DNA of 64,000 bases. It comes from Candidatus Binatia bacterium (lineage in GTDB: Bacteria; Desulfobacterota; Binatia; UBA9968; JAJDTQ01). Under the pieces are notes generated by a model. It ran no database searches. It was not told where the DNA came from and saw only the letters and a program-made list of their open reading frames with translations. The stretch spans positions 1,504,001-1,568,000 of the forward strand of contig OY762897.2 in the NCBI GenBank assembly GCA_963666515.2, in the 5' to 3' direction. Below, in pieces: positions 39,972-50,054 of this stretch; position 1 is the stretch's first letter; each line of letters starts with the position of its first letter. The position numbers and the translations under genes were made by a program.

Positions 39972-41054
39972 ATGGACTTCTGGCAACGGATCGACAAGCC
40001 CATCATCGGCCTCTCGCCCATGGACGGGGTCACGGACGCCTCGTTCCGCTTGGTGGCGGCGCGTCACGGACGGCCGGACCTGTGCATGACGGAGTTCACC
40101 AGCGTCGAGGGCATCTGCTGCGGCGCCGACAGTTTCGTGCGGGACTTCCACTACGGCGAGTACGAGCGTCCGATCCTGGCGCAGATCTACGGCCGGACTC
40201 CCCGCGCCTTCTACCAGGTGGCGCACATCGTCTGCGAGCTAGGCTTCGACGGTCTCGACATCAACATGGGGTGCCCGGCCAAGAACGTCGCCAACAAGGG
40301 TTGCGGCGCCGGGCTGATCCTCAACCCGGAGCTGGCGGTGACCATCGTCCGGGAGGCGCGCCGGGGCATCGCGGACTGGGCCGCGGGGCAGCGGCTGGAG
40401 GAAACGGGCTTGGCGCCGGAGGTGCTGGACAGGGTCCGCGCCATGAACCGCGGGCGGCCGCAGCCGGCGGCCCGGCAGGCCATCCCGCTCTCGGTCAAGA
40501 CGCGCGTGGGATACGACCGGGTGGCGGTGGACGAGTGGATCCCCGTGCTGCTGGCCGAACGGCCCGCGGCCATTTCCGTGCACGGCCGGACGCTGAAGCA
40601 GATGTACAAGGGGCTCGCCGACTGGGACGCCATCCACCGCGCGGTGGAGTTGGCCCGCGGCCTGCCGACGCTGATCCTGGGCAACGGGGACCTCAAGTCC
40701 ATGGCGGACGCGGTGGAGCGCATCCGGCAGACCGGCGTGGACGGCGTGCTGCTCGGGCGAGGCGCCATGGGCAATCCGTGGATCTTCCGGGACAAGCAGT
40801 GGGCCAAAGACAGCCTGGCCGGAATCACGCATCCGGGCGGACCGGACCTCGACGTGAGCCAGGAAGAGCGCACGCGGGTCTTGCTGGAGCACAGCCGCCA
40901 CTTCGAGACCCTCTGGGGCGAGCGCCGCTTCCACGCCATGCGCAAGCACCTGGCCTGGTACTGCAAGGGGTTCCGCGGCGCAGCGCAATGGCGCGCGCAA
41001 ATGGTCCGGGCCCGGAACGCCGAGGAAGTGGCGCGCATCGTCGGGGCCGCCTGA
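39972..41054 (+). CDS. dus: tRNA-dihydrouridine synthase family protein
   Basis: PMDGVTD, DINMGCP, SVKTR, HGRT, GNGD, GRGAMGNPW. Confidence 0.93.
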   Translation: MDFWQRIDKPIIGLSPMDGVTDASFRLVAARHGRPDLCMTEFTSVEGICCGADSFVRDFHYGEYERPILAQIYGRTPRAFYQVAHIVCELGFDGLDINMGCPAKNVANKGCGAGLILNPELAVTIVREARRGIADWAAGQRLEETGLAPEVLDRVRAMNRGRPQPAARQAIPLSVKTRVGYDRVAVDEWIPVLLAERPAAISVHGRTLKQMYKGLADWDAIHRAVELARGLPTLILGNGDLKSMADAVERIRQTGVDGVLLGRGAMGNPWIFRDKQWAKDSLAGITHPGGPDLDVSQEERTRVLLEHSRHFETLWGERRFHAMRKHLAWYCKGFRGAAQWRAQMVRARNAEEVARIVGAA

Positions 41055-41058
41055 AGAC

Positions 41059-41700
41059 ATGCGCGTCATCCTCGCGTCGACCTCGCCGCGCCGGCGCGAC
41101 ATCGTGGCCCTCCTGGGCGTCCCCTTCGAGGTCCGCCCCCCCGATTTCCTCGAAACCACCCGCGACGACCTGACCGCCGGCGAGGAAGCGCTGGAGCTTG
41201 CGCTGGGCAAGGCCCGCTCCATCGCGTCCGTGGAGCCGGAGGCCCTGGTGGTGGGAGGCGACACCCTGATCGCCCTGGACGGCGAGAAGATCGGCAAGCC
41301 CGAGGATGCGGCAGACGCCGCATCCATCCTCCGCCGGCTCTCCGGCCGGACCCACCGCATCCTGACCGGCGTGGCCCTGATCCACCGCGCCACGGGCCGG
41401 GAGCAGACCCACCTGGAACGCGTCGAGGTGCGCATGCGCCATTCCACCGACGCCGAGATCGCCGGCTACGTGGCGCAGGGCGAATCCATGGACAAGGCCG
41501 GCGCCTACTCCATCCAGGGTAAAGGTCACCGGCTGATCGAGAGCATCCGCGGCGACTACCTCGCCGCGGTGGGCCTGCCGTTGCGGCCCATCGCGGACTA
41601 TCTCAGAAACGCCGGCACTGACATCCCAGCGGATGTCGAGAAACTGTACCGCGAAAGGTCGCTGTGGACGTGGAGCCAAGTCACGTCCGCCAGCTCGTAG
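41059..41700 (+). CDS. maf: Maf family nucleotide pyrophosphatase
   Basis: ILASTSPRR, GKP, LSGRTH, DKAGAYSIQG, VGLP. Confidence 0.95.
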   Translation: MRVILASTSPRRRDIVALLGVPFEVRPPDFLETTRDDLTAGEEALELALGKARSIASVEPEALVVGGDTLIALDGEKIGKPEDAADAASILRRLSGRTHRILTGVALIHRATGREQTHLERVEVRMRHSTDAEIAGYVAQGESMDKAGAYSIQGKGHRLIESIRGDYLAAVGLPLRPIADYLRNAGTDIPADVEKLYRERSLWTWSQVTSASS

Positions 41701-41748
41701 GACGGCAGGCCCCTGGGGCGACCCGCGGTCGCCCTGCAAATCGACACA

Positions 41749-42612
41749 CTAGCTCAACCGCAGCAGCACCATCCCTGCCATGATGGTGAGGCTTCCGGGC
41801 AGGATCTCGCGCACCCGGGCGCGCTCGTTGAACACCAGCCAGCCTGCGGCCAGCGCGAACAGGATCTCGGTCTGCTTGACCGCCTCCACGTAGGAGGTGA
41901 GGGTCAGCTCGTAGGCCAGGCTGTGGCAGATGCTCGTCAGCGCTGCGCACAGCCCCATGGCGGTGAACGCGGCGCCGTGGCGCGGGATGGCGCGGAAATG
42001 GGTGGCGGAGCGGCTCACCGCCAGGGGCAGGACCATGAGGGAGGCGGCCAGGTAGCCGGCGAGGTTCGCGACGTAGACGTCGGAGCGAAGGATCAGCATC
42101 TTGATCAGCACGACCGACGGCGCATAGAAGAAGGCCGCCGCCAGGGTGAAGCGAAGGCCCGGGTCCACGAACAGCTCGCGGAGCGGCGCCCACACCGAGA
42201 TGCGGCTCTTCTGCACGTTGAGGAGGTAGACGCCGGCCGCGCTCAGCAGCACGCCCGCGAGCCCTGCCGCCGAGGGGGTCTCGTGCAGGGTCACGTAGGC
42301 GAACAGCACCAGGAACAACAGGCTCAGCTTCCACAGCGACGTGACGATGGCGATGCCCGACAGCTTGAGGGCCTTGGAGAGGCTGAGCGTGGCGATGGAC
42401 TGGGTGACGCCGAAGCCCAGGACGCAGGGCCAGAAACCGTCCCGCAACTCGGGCATCCCGTGCCAGGCCGACGCCAGGGCCACGAACGGCAGGAGGAAGG
42501 TGAAACGGCCCCAGACGTTGATGATGTCGTCCAGCTCGTGCCCCAGGTGCTTCATGGAGATGTTCCGCAGCACCTGGAACAGGGCCGACATGAGGGCCAG
42601 CACGAACCACAT
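41749..42612 (-). CDS. EamA/DMT family transporter
   Basis: About ten hydrophobic segments in two repeats, LHETPS and FNER loops. Confidence 0.8.
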   Translation of the reverse strand: MWFVLALMSALFQVLRNISMKHLGHELDDIINVWGRFTFLLPFVALASAWHGMPELRDGFWPCVLGFGVTQSIATLSLSKALKLSGIAIVTSLWKLSLLFLVLFAYVTLHETPSAAGLAGVLLSAAGVYLLNVQKSRISVWAPLRELFVDPGLRFTLAAAFFYAPSVVLIKMLILRSDVYVANLAGYLAASLMVLPLAVSRSATHFRAIPRHGAAFTAMGLCAALTSICHSLAYELTLTSYVEAVKQTEILFALAAGWLVFNERARVREILPGSLTIMAGMVLLRLS

Positions 42613-42738
42613 GGGCAGGAAAGGCTAACGGCAATGCGGAGAGAAAGCGAATGCGGCGGGGAACGCCCCGGCAAGGTTGACACCGCGAAGCGTCAAGGGC
42701 TATCACCTACTCCATTACACGCGAAAGGGAGACCCCCG

Positions 42739-43443
42739 ATGGTTGACAAATTCGAAGATCATTGCTGGCAGGACCTCGTCACCGAGGAGATCATGGACAT
42801 CTACAAGCCCTACCGCAGGGACATCTACGTCGGCGAGCGCCCGGCGCTGCTGGCCATCGACCTCTACAACCTCGCTTACCGGGGCGGCCCCAAGCCGGTG
42901 CATGAGGTGGTCAAGGAACACAAGAGCGCCTGCGGCGTGTACGCCTACGACGCCATCGAGCCCACCAAGGAGCTGTTCGCCCTGGCCCGCGCCCAGGGTC
43001 TGCCGATCTTCTACACCACCACCGAGACGCGGAAAGAAGTGCAGCCGGCCGCGGTGCACGCCACCAACCGCCAGATTACCGGGATAGACGCGGACGACTA
43101 CGAGATCTACAAGGACTTTGCGCCCCAGCCCGACGACATCATCATCTACAAGGAACGTGCCAGCGGCTTCTACGGCACGCCGCTCATCGCCCACCTCACG
43201 AGGCTCGGCATCAGCTCGCTGATCGTGTGCGGCGAGAGCACCAGCGGCTGCGTGCGGGCCAGCGTGGTGGACGCCTACTCCAACGGCTACCACGTCACCA
43301 TCGTCGAGGAATGCGTCTTCGACCGCAGCATCATCTCCCACAAGGTCAACCTGTTCGACCTGCACCACAAGTACGCCGACCTCATGAAGCTGGCGGAGGT
43401 GAAGCAGCACTTCGAGGCGCAGCCGCTCAAGAAAGCGGTCTGA
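42739..43443 (+). CDS. Isochorismatase/cysteine hydrolase family (maleamate amidase-like)
   Basis: PALLAID, KERASGFYGT, GESTSGCVRASVVDA. Confidence 0.88.
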   Translation: MVDKFEDHCWQDLVTEEIMDIYKPYRRDIYVGERPALLAIDLYNLAYRGGPKPVHEVVKEHKSACGVYAYDAIEPTKELFALARAQGLPIFYTTTETRKEVQPAAVHATNRQITGIDADDYEIYKDFAPQPDDIIIYKERASGFYGTPLIAHLTRLGISSLIVCGESTSGCVRASVVDAYSNGYHVTIVEECVFDRSIISHKVNLFDLHHKYADLMKLAEVKQHFEAQPLKKAV

Positions 43444-43444
43444 C

Positions 43445-45154
43445 TCAGTGCATCGCCACCGGGTCGCCCCAGGTGAGCAGACGCCGGGCCGCGAAGGCGA
43501 TGACCAGGGATACCGCGATCAGCATGATCGACAGGGCGTAGGCCTCACCCACCTGCCCTTCCTGCCAGGCGAACCAGATCATGGTGCTCACCACCCGGTT
43601 CCCCGGCGTCGCCAGGAGCACCGCTGAAGACAGCTCCCGCAGGCTGTGGAGCGCCACCCACAGCCACAGGCTCACCAGCGCCGGAAGCACGATGGGCACC
43701 ACCACCTTGCGCAGGGTGACGGCCAGAGAGGCGCCGCAGGTGTAGGAGGCCTCCTCCAGCTCCTTGTGCACCTGGACCTGGGCGGAGATCACCGCCCGGG
43801 AGCCGTAGGAGATGTAGCGGGTGACGTGGGCGATGACGATGACCCAGATGGTTCCGTAGACGCCCACGGGGATCGAGAGATACATCAGGATCAGCGCGAA
43901 CCCGATGATCACCGAGGGGATGGCGATGGGCGCGAAGGTCAGGAGGTTCAGTATCTTTCCGGTCCTGCCGCCGAACCGCACGATGATCCAGCCCGACACC
44001 ACCGCCAGCAGCGTGGTGGCGGTAGAGGCCGCCATCACCAGCAGCGCCGTGTTCTTGAAGGCTCCCACCGCGCCGTAGCCCGTTACGGCGTTGTAGTAGT
44101 GCTTCACCGTCAGTTGCGGCACGAGTTCCCACGAGGGCGGCTGGTAGAAGGTCAGCAGGCTGCCCCACGCCAGCACCAGCAACGGGAACACGATGGCCAA
44201 GCACATGTAGAGGAAAAAGAAGCCGGAGCCGGCCCACCTGGCCCGGCCCAGGTCGATGACCGCGGGCCGGTAGCCGCGGCCGGTGACGGTGGTGTACTTC
44301 TCCCCCGCTCCCAGGACCTTCAGGTAGAGGTAGACGAGCACGCCGCTCAGCACCAGCACGCTCATGGCCAGCGCGCTGGCGGTGCCGTATTCCGGCAGCT
44401 CCCCCATGGGCGGGTGGATGGCCCAGAAGATCTTGGTGCTGAACACCAGGATGCCGGCCTGCATGCCGATGACGCCCGGTATCTCGAAAGCCTCGATGGA
44501 GATGATGAAGAACCAGATGAGGGCGGCGAAGAAAGCCGGATAGGTGAGCGGAAAGGTCACCCGCAGGAGCGTCACGAAGCGGCTGGCGCCGGCGATCATG
44601 CTGGCCTCCTCGAAGGCCGGATCCATGTTGCGCAGCACCGGCACCAGCATGAGGAACACCGTGGGCACCATGGAGAGGCCCATGACGAATGACATGCCGT
44701 AGAGCGTGAAGACGTTGAGCGGCCCCTCCCCCTCCAGCCCCAGCAACGCCCGCAGGATCAGGTTGATGACGCCGATGCGCGGGTCCAGCAGCCGCTCCCA
44801 TCCCAACGCTGCGATCATGGGCGGCAGCGCCATGGGGATGAGGATCAGGGCGTACATGAGGTGCCGGCCGGGGGCGTTGGTGCGTTCCACCAGCCAGGCC
44901 AGCGGAACGGCGAAGGCGAACCCCGTCAGGATGGCCCCCGCGCCGAACAGCAGCGTGTTGAGGATCAGCTCGTAGGTGCCGGGGTCGACGTAGATCTCGA
45001 TGTAGTGATAGAGAGAGAGGGCGCTGGTCCCGGCCAGCGGCTCGCGCTGGAACGAGAAGAAGACCACCAGGAACAGCGGCACCACCACGAGCCACGCCAC
45101 CGCCCCCAGGGTAAGCCAGCTAAAGACGTCCCGTTCGCTCACCCGCATGTGCAA
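43445..45154 (-). CDS. ABC transporter permease (FbpB-type, duplicated TMD)
   Basis: AWLVERTN, DPAFEEASMIAGA, ELEEASYTCGA. Confidence 0.9.
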   Translation of the reverse strand: MHMRVSERDVFSWLTLGAVAWLVVVPLFLVVFFSFQREPLAGTSALSLYHYIEIYVDPGTYELILNTLLFGAGAILTGFAFAVPLAWLVERTNAPGRHLMYALILIPMALPPMIAALGWERLLDPRIGVINLILRALLGLEGEGPLNVFTLYGMSFVMGLSMVPTVFLMLVPVLRNMDPAFEEASMIAGASRFVTLLRVTFPLTYPAFFAALIWFFIISIEAFEIPGVIGMQAGILVFSTKIFWAIHPPMGELPEYGTASALAMSVLVLSGVLVYLYLKVLGAGEKYTTVTGRGYRPAVIDLGRARWAGSGFFFLYMCLAIVFPLLVLAWGSLLTFYQPPSWELVPQLTVKHYYNAVTGYGAVGAFKNTALLVMAASTATTLLAVVSGWIIVRFGGRTGKILNLLTFAPIAIPSVIIGFALILMYLSIPVGVYGTIWVIVIAHVTRYISYGSRAVISAQVQVHKELEEASYTCGASLAVTLRKVVVPIVLPALVSLWLWVALHSLRELSSAVLLATPGNRVVSTMIWFAWQEGQVGEAYALSIMLIAVSLVIAFAARRLLTWGDPVAMH

Positions 45155-45200
45155 GCCATGATGGCCGGGGCTCGGTCGTTCCCCCCGGCGTCTCCATCGT

Positions 45201-46328
45201 CTACTGGAGGTCGTAGAGCCTCGCGCTGTTGTCCCAGAAGATCTTGCGCCTGGAGGCGTCGGCGAGCCCGCCGATGCCGAGGAAGCTGTCCACCGCTTCC
45301 GGCCACCGCGAGTCGGAGTGCGGGTAGTCCGTCGAGATCACGATGTTGTCTTCCCCGATCCGGCTCACCACGTCCGCCACCAGGTCTTCCTCCACGTCGG
45401 TGGCAATGAAGCACTGGCGCAGGAAGTATTCGCTGGGGTTCAGAGAAAGCGGCGTGTCGCAGAGGTCCTTTCGAAGCTCCCAGCGCTCGTCGAGACGGTA
45501 CAGCACCCACGGCAGCCAACTGCAGTTGCCCTCGAGAAAGGCCACCCTCAAACGGGGAAACCGCTCCAGCACTCCGCCGCCGCAGAAGCTTCCCACCGCC
45601 AGCATCAGCTCGACGGGATTGCGATAGGCGTTCACCAGGATGCCTTCGTTGGGAAGACCCTTGAACCGTTGCGCCACCTGGTCCATCCGGGGGTTGGCCG
45701 CGGGGTGAAAGCAGACGGGCGTGTTCAGGCGCTCCGCCTCGCGCCACAGCGGGTCGAAACAGGTCTCATGGATGTGCCGGCCGTTGGCGGGCTCGGGCAC
45801 CAGGCACAGTCCGACGGCGCCCAACTCGGTGACCGCCCGGCGGGTCTCGTCCACGGCCATGTCCACGTCGTGCAGTGTGATCAGGGCCGAGGGCTTGAGC
45901 CGTTCGGTATTCTCCTTGCAGAAGTCCGCCACCCAGTCGTTCCAGGCGCGGCAGAGCGCGTTGGCGTATTCCGGTTCCAGACGGTCGTCGGTGTGCAGCG
46001 GGAAAGTGCGAAAGAGCACCGCCACGTCCAGGCCCTCAAGGTCCATGGCCTCCACCTGGGAGACCGCATCGTAGTTCCTCGCCAGGGGCCTGGTGTAGCG
46101 ATGCGCCACCTTGTCCTCGCCCGGGGTCACGTTGGGTCGGGTCGTAAGCCCCGACTCCCGCACCAGGGCGCCGTCGCCGAAGCTGAACTTGACCTGGCCG
46201 TGACGCGTCCTGGGCTTCCCTCTGGGGATACGGTCGCCCCACTTGGAATCCATGTACTTGAGATAGAGATCATGCGGCTCGAACACGTGCATGTCGCTGT
46301 CGAGGATCTTGAAGCCGTTTCGGGCCAT
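45201..46328 (-). CDS. Amidohydrolase_2 family protein
   Basis: DSDMH, RAWNDW, FHP, LEGNCSW, STDYPH, DNSARLY. Confidence 0.9.
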   Translation of the reverse strand: MARNGFKILDSDMHVFEPHDLYLKYMDSKWGDRIPRGKPRTRHGQVKFSFGDGALVRESGLTTRPNVTPGEDKVAHRYTRPLARNYDAVSQVEAMDLEGLDVAVLFRTFPLHTDDRLEPEYANALCRAWNDWVADFCKENTERLKPSALITLHDVDMAVDETRRAVTELGAVGLCLVPEPANGRHIHETCFDPLWREAERLNTPVCFHPAANPRMDQVAQRFKGLPNEGILVNAYRNPVELMLAVGSFCGGGVLERFPRLRVAFLEGNCSWLPWVLYRLDERWELRKDLCDTPLSLNPSEYFLRQCFIATDVEEDLVADVVSRIGEDNIVISTDYPHSDSRWPEAVDSFLGIGGLADASRRKIFWDNSARLYDLQ

Positions 46329-46388
46329 GGTCAGGGCTCCTTTGGGCCGGCGCGGCGCCCGGCCCGGCGGCCGGACGCCGTCCGCTGT

Positions 46389-47411
46389 CTAGTGTCCGGT
46401 AAGTATCTTCCGGGCCTGCTTGCGCCACTTCTTGAGTTCCCTGGCTTCCTCCATGGTGGGAGCGTTCCAGACGAACTTGACGCCGGCCGCGCGCGCCATC
46501 TTGGCGGCGTCGGTCTGCGCGCTGGGACCGAGCTGGCTCCGGAAGGAGGCCTTTTCCATCAGCGCCGAGGCCTCGGGGGTGCCGAGGTAGCCGGTCAGGA
46601 GCTTGGCCGCGTTGGGATTGCGCACCTTCTTCACCGCGATGGAGTAGAAGCGGGTCACCGACATGGGCGTGATCCAGAGGAAGTCCACCGGCGCCCCGTC
46701 CTTGACCTTGGCCCTGAAGACACGGTCGAACTGGATCAGCGCCAGCGGCGCCTGCCCCGCCACCAGCGCCTCCAGGGTCTGTGGTCCGCCCCGGGGCTGA
46801 ATGATGGGGTCCTGGGCCCTGAACTTGCGGGTGTACTCCATCGTCTTCTCCAACCCCCACTCCGGCACCAGGTCTCCGAAGGGATACCCCCGCCCCACGA
46901 CGATGATCTTACGGCCCTTCCACTTGGGGTCCAGCAGCCCTTCCCAGGTGGTGGGCACTTGGTCCCTGGAGACCAGCTTGGTGTTGAACCCCAGCACCCG
47001 GGTCAGGTCGAACCACGGCACTAGGCGCTCCCCGAAGGATATCTCGTTCTTGGCGATGCCGAACTCGTGGTACGGGAACGGCGCCAGCAGGTCGGCCTTG
47101 AGCAGCCGCTCCGCCGACGTGGTGGTAGCCTGGGCCACCTCGTAGGTGGCCATGCCCACCCGGGTCTCGAGTTGTATCTTGGCGGAGGCGTCGGACCCCG
47201 TGGAAGGGATATGGTTCACCTGGATGCCCGGGAACCGCTTCATGAAGCCGCCGATCTGGGCCTTCAGCGCCACCGGCGGCGAACCCGCGGCCAGCACCAC
47301 CTGACCCTCCTTCTTGGCCTTCTCGTACAGGGCCTTGACGTTGTCCTGTGCGTGAACCCCCGTGACCGCAGCAAGCGAGACGCCGACAATGAGCGTTATG
47401 ATCCGTTTCAT
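46389..47411 (-). CDS. ABC transporter substrate-binding protein (Fe3+/polyamine type)
   Basis: Signal peptide MKRIITLIVGV..VHA, AKKEG, LLDPKWKG, NPNAAKL. Confidence 0.85.
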   Translation of the reverse strand: MKRIITLIVGVSLAAVTGVHAQDNVKALYEKAKKEGQVVLAAGSPPVALKAQIGGFMKRFPGIQVNHIPSTGSDASAKIQLETRVGMATYEVAQATTTSAERLLKADLLAPFPYHEFGIAKNEISFGERLVPWFDLTRVLGFNTKLVSRDQVPTTWEGLLDPKWKGRKIIVVGRGYPFGDLVPEWGLEKTMEYTRKFRAQDPIIQPRGGPQTLEALVAGQAPLALIQFDRVFRAKVKDGAPVDFLWITPMSVTRFYSIAVKKVRNPNAAKLLTGYLGTPEASALMEKASFRSQLGPSAQTDAAKMARAAGVKFVWNAPTMEEARELKKWRKQARKILTGH

Positions 47412-47524
47412 CCTGGCCCTCCTTTTCTCGCTGACGTGCTTGAGTCGTTGCCGAAAGCTGGCCCGCGCATAACACAGCGCGCGAAACCCGGTCAAGAGCG
47501 ATCCCGAGCCAATGTCCTGTCTGT

Positions 47525-48706
47525 TTATACCGTCCCTGCTTCCGCCAGTTGCCCGATGCGCTCCTCGCTCAACCCCAGTTCCTTGAGGATCTCGGCGGTG
47601 TGCTCGCCGAGCTCGGGGGGTAGCGCCGACCATTGCCACGGCGTATCGCTCAGGTTGACGCCGCCTCTCACCGTCTGGATCGGCCCATGCTTGGGATGCT
47701 CCCATTCCATGATCCGATCGAGGTGCTTGACCTGCGGGTCCTCGAACACTTCGTCGAGGCGGTTGATGGGGGCGTGGGCCACGTCGTGCTTGCCCAACGC
47801 ATCCAGCCAGTGCTGCCGGGGCTTGGCGCCGACGATCTCCTGAAGCAGAGCCTTGAGCTCGTCATAGTTGACCAGACGGTCCTCGCGATCGGCGAAACGG
47901 GAATCGTCCGCGAGTTCCGGGTGTCCCAGGGCCTCCACCATGCTTACGTAGAACTTGTTGAGGTGGGACAGGTGGATGACGAACGGCAACCCGTCCCCCG
48001 CCAGGAGCGCGTAGACCCCGGCGGAACGCCCGCGGCTCTCCACGTCGGGAACGTCGCCGGTAGCGAAGTACTGGGTGATGCTGCGACCGATGAACGCCAT
48101 GGATGCCTCCATGAGTGACGTCTCCACCTTCTGGCCCTTGCCCGACTTCTCCCGGGCCATCAAGGCGATGAGAACACCGTAGCAGGCGAACATGCCGCCC
48201 AGGTGGTCCGAGAAGGCCAAGCCCGGCGGCTGCGGCGCCCTGGGGTCGATGATCTGGCTCAACAGGCCGCTGAGGCACTGTCCGAGGGTGTCGAAGCCCG
48301 GCCTCTCGCGGTACGGCCCGGTCTGTCCGAACGCCGATATGCCGCAATAGACCAGACGCGGATTGAGGTCCTTGAGTCGCTCGTAACCGAGATCCAGGCG
48401 GTCCATCACCCCCGGCCGGTAGTTCTCGATCACGACGTCGGCCTCCTCCGCCATCCGGAGAAAAATTTTCTTCCCTTCCGGATCGCGCAGGTTCAGGGTC
48501 ATGCTCCGCTTGTTGCGGTTGTAGCTGCGGAACAGCGGACTGTACATGCGCGGCTCCTGGGCCCACTTGCGAAACGGGTCGCCGCCGGCGGTGTTCTCGA
48601 TCTTCACCACCGAAGCTCCCATGTCCGCCAGCAGCATGGCCGCGAACGGACCGGCGATGTAGCTGCTGAGGTCGAGAATCCTGATGCCGTCGAGGGCCTG
48701 TGCCAT
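47525..48706 (-). CDS. Family III CoA transferase (CaiB/BaiF)
   Basis: LDGIRILDL, AGPF, NRNKRS, ENYRPG, PELGEHT. Confidence 0.93.
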   Translation of the reverse strand: MAQALDGIRILDLSSYIAGPFAAMLLADMGASVVKIENTAGGDPFRKWAQEPRMYSPLFRSYNRNKRSMTLNLRDPEGKKIFLRMAEEADVVIENYRPGVMDRLDLGYERLKDLNPRLVYCGISAFGQTGPYRERPGFDTLGQCLSGLLSQIIDPRAPQPPGLAFSDHLGGMFACYGVLIALMAREKSGKGQKVETSLMEASMAFIGRSITQYFATGDVPDVESRGRSAGVYALLAGDGLPFVIHLSHLNKFYVSMVEALGHPELADDSRFADREDRLVNYDELKALLQEIVGAKPRQHWLDALGKHDVAHAPINRLDEVFEDPQVKHLDRIMEWEHPKHGPIQTVRGGVNLSDTPWQWSALPPELGEHTAEILKELGLSEERIGQLAEAGTV

Positions 48707-48874
48707 TCCTGTAAACCTCCTTCGTTTCTGGCGGTGCCTTCTTTATAGGAGCCCCGCGGCAACGGAGTCAAAGGCTGTCGCCGTCCCCGACCGGAACCCG
48801 TCCGCTCCTTGACTCCCTCAACGCCCAAAGGTATTCGGGTTGAGCACGCCAACGCTTCCGGAAGGGAGACCCCG

Positions 48875-50011
48875 ATGAAGAACGGACTCAAGATCATCGA
48901 CTCCGACATGCACATCATGGAGCCGCCGGACCTCTGGGAGAACTACGTGGACGCGCCCTTCAAGCAGCATGCGCCGCGGGTGGTCAACGTCCCCAGCCGG
49001 GGCGATTTCAACCTGCTGCTGCTGGACGGCAAGGAGCCCCGGGCCAAGAGCCCGTCGCTGGCCAACGACGCGCGCATGATCGGCAAGCGGCGCGCCTCCA
49101 CGCGCGAGGACGTCATCGGCTTCGCCCGGGACCAAGGCTTCAACGCCAAGTCCCAGCTTGAGGCCATGGACATCGAGGGGCTGGACGTGGCGGTGCTGTT
49201 CCCCACCGCCTGTCTTCACATCATGACCGTGCCGGACATGGATCCGCTGCTGGCGGAAGCCATCTGCCGGGCCTACAACAACTGGCTCTACGACTTCTGC
49301 CAGGAAGACCCGGCGCGGCTGAAGGGCGCGGCCATGCTGCCGCCCCACGACGTTTCGCTGGCGATGCGGGAAGCCCGGCGCGCGGCCGACGAGCTGGGCT
49401 TCGTCACCGCCTTCCTGCGGGCCACGCCGCTCCCCGGCGACACCTGGTTCGGGCTCTATTGGGAGCCCCTGTGGAACGAGTTGCAGGAGTTGGGAATGCC
49501 GGTGGGATTCCACGAGTGCACCAACTCAGGCTACTACCCCCACATCGAGCGGTTCGGCCAGAACAACCGCCTCATGCGCCACATCTGCAGCCACGTCACC
49601 GGCCAGATGGTGACCATGGTGGACATCATCGTGGGCGGCGTGCTCGAACGTTTCCCGGAGTTGAAGGTGGCGTTCCTGGAATGCAACTGCGGCTGGGCGC
49701 CGGCGTGGCTGAGCCGCATGGACACCCACTGGGAGCAGTTGGGCGCCGCTGACGCTCCCATGCTCACCATGAAGCCCAGCGAGTACTTCAAGCGCCAGTG
49801 CGTGGTGGGCTGCGAGGGCGAGGAGCGCGAGGTGGGGTCGGTGATCCAGTTGATGGGCGACGACAACATCGTCTTCTCCACCGACTACCCCCACAGCGAT
49901 TCCGAGTTCCCCCACGCGGTAGACGCGTTCATGCAGCAGGAGCTGCCGGTGGAGCATTCCCGCAAGATCCTGTGGGACAACTGCATCAAGTTCTACGGGA
50001 TCGACGCGTAG
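48875..50011 (+). CDS. Amidohydrolase_2 family protein
   Basis: DSDMH, RAYNNW, FHE, LECNCGW, STDYPH. Confidence 0.9.
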   Translation: MKNGLKIIDSDMHIMEPPDLWENYVDAPFKQHAPRVVNVPSRGDFNLLLLDGKEPRAKSPSLANDARMIGKRRASTREDVIGFARDQGFNAKSQLEAMDIEGLDVAVLFPTACLHIMTVPDMDPLLAEAICRAYNNWLYDFCQEDPARLKGAAMLPPHDVSLAMREARRAADELGFVTAFLRATPLPGDTWFGLYWEPLWNELQELGMPVGFHECTNSGYYPHIERFGQNNRLMRHICSHVTGQMVTMVDIIVGGVLERFPELKVAFLECNCGWAPAWLSRMDTHWEQLGAADAPMLTMKPSEYFKRQCVVGCEGEEREVGSVIQLMGDDNIVFSTDYPHSDSEFPHAVDAFMQQELPVEHSRKILWDNCIKFYGIDA

Positions 50012-50054
50012 GTTGTCGCAACTCAGGGCTCGAACCACAGGCGAGAGGTCCCGC

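Noticed and set aside
42725-42741. Leader AAGGGAGACCCC(C)GATG shared with 48862-48877
   Set aside because: Short and largely explained by the Shine-Dalgarno sequence
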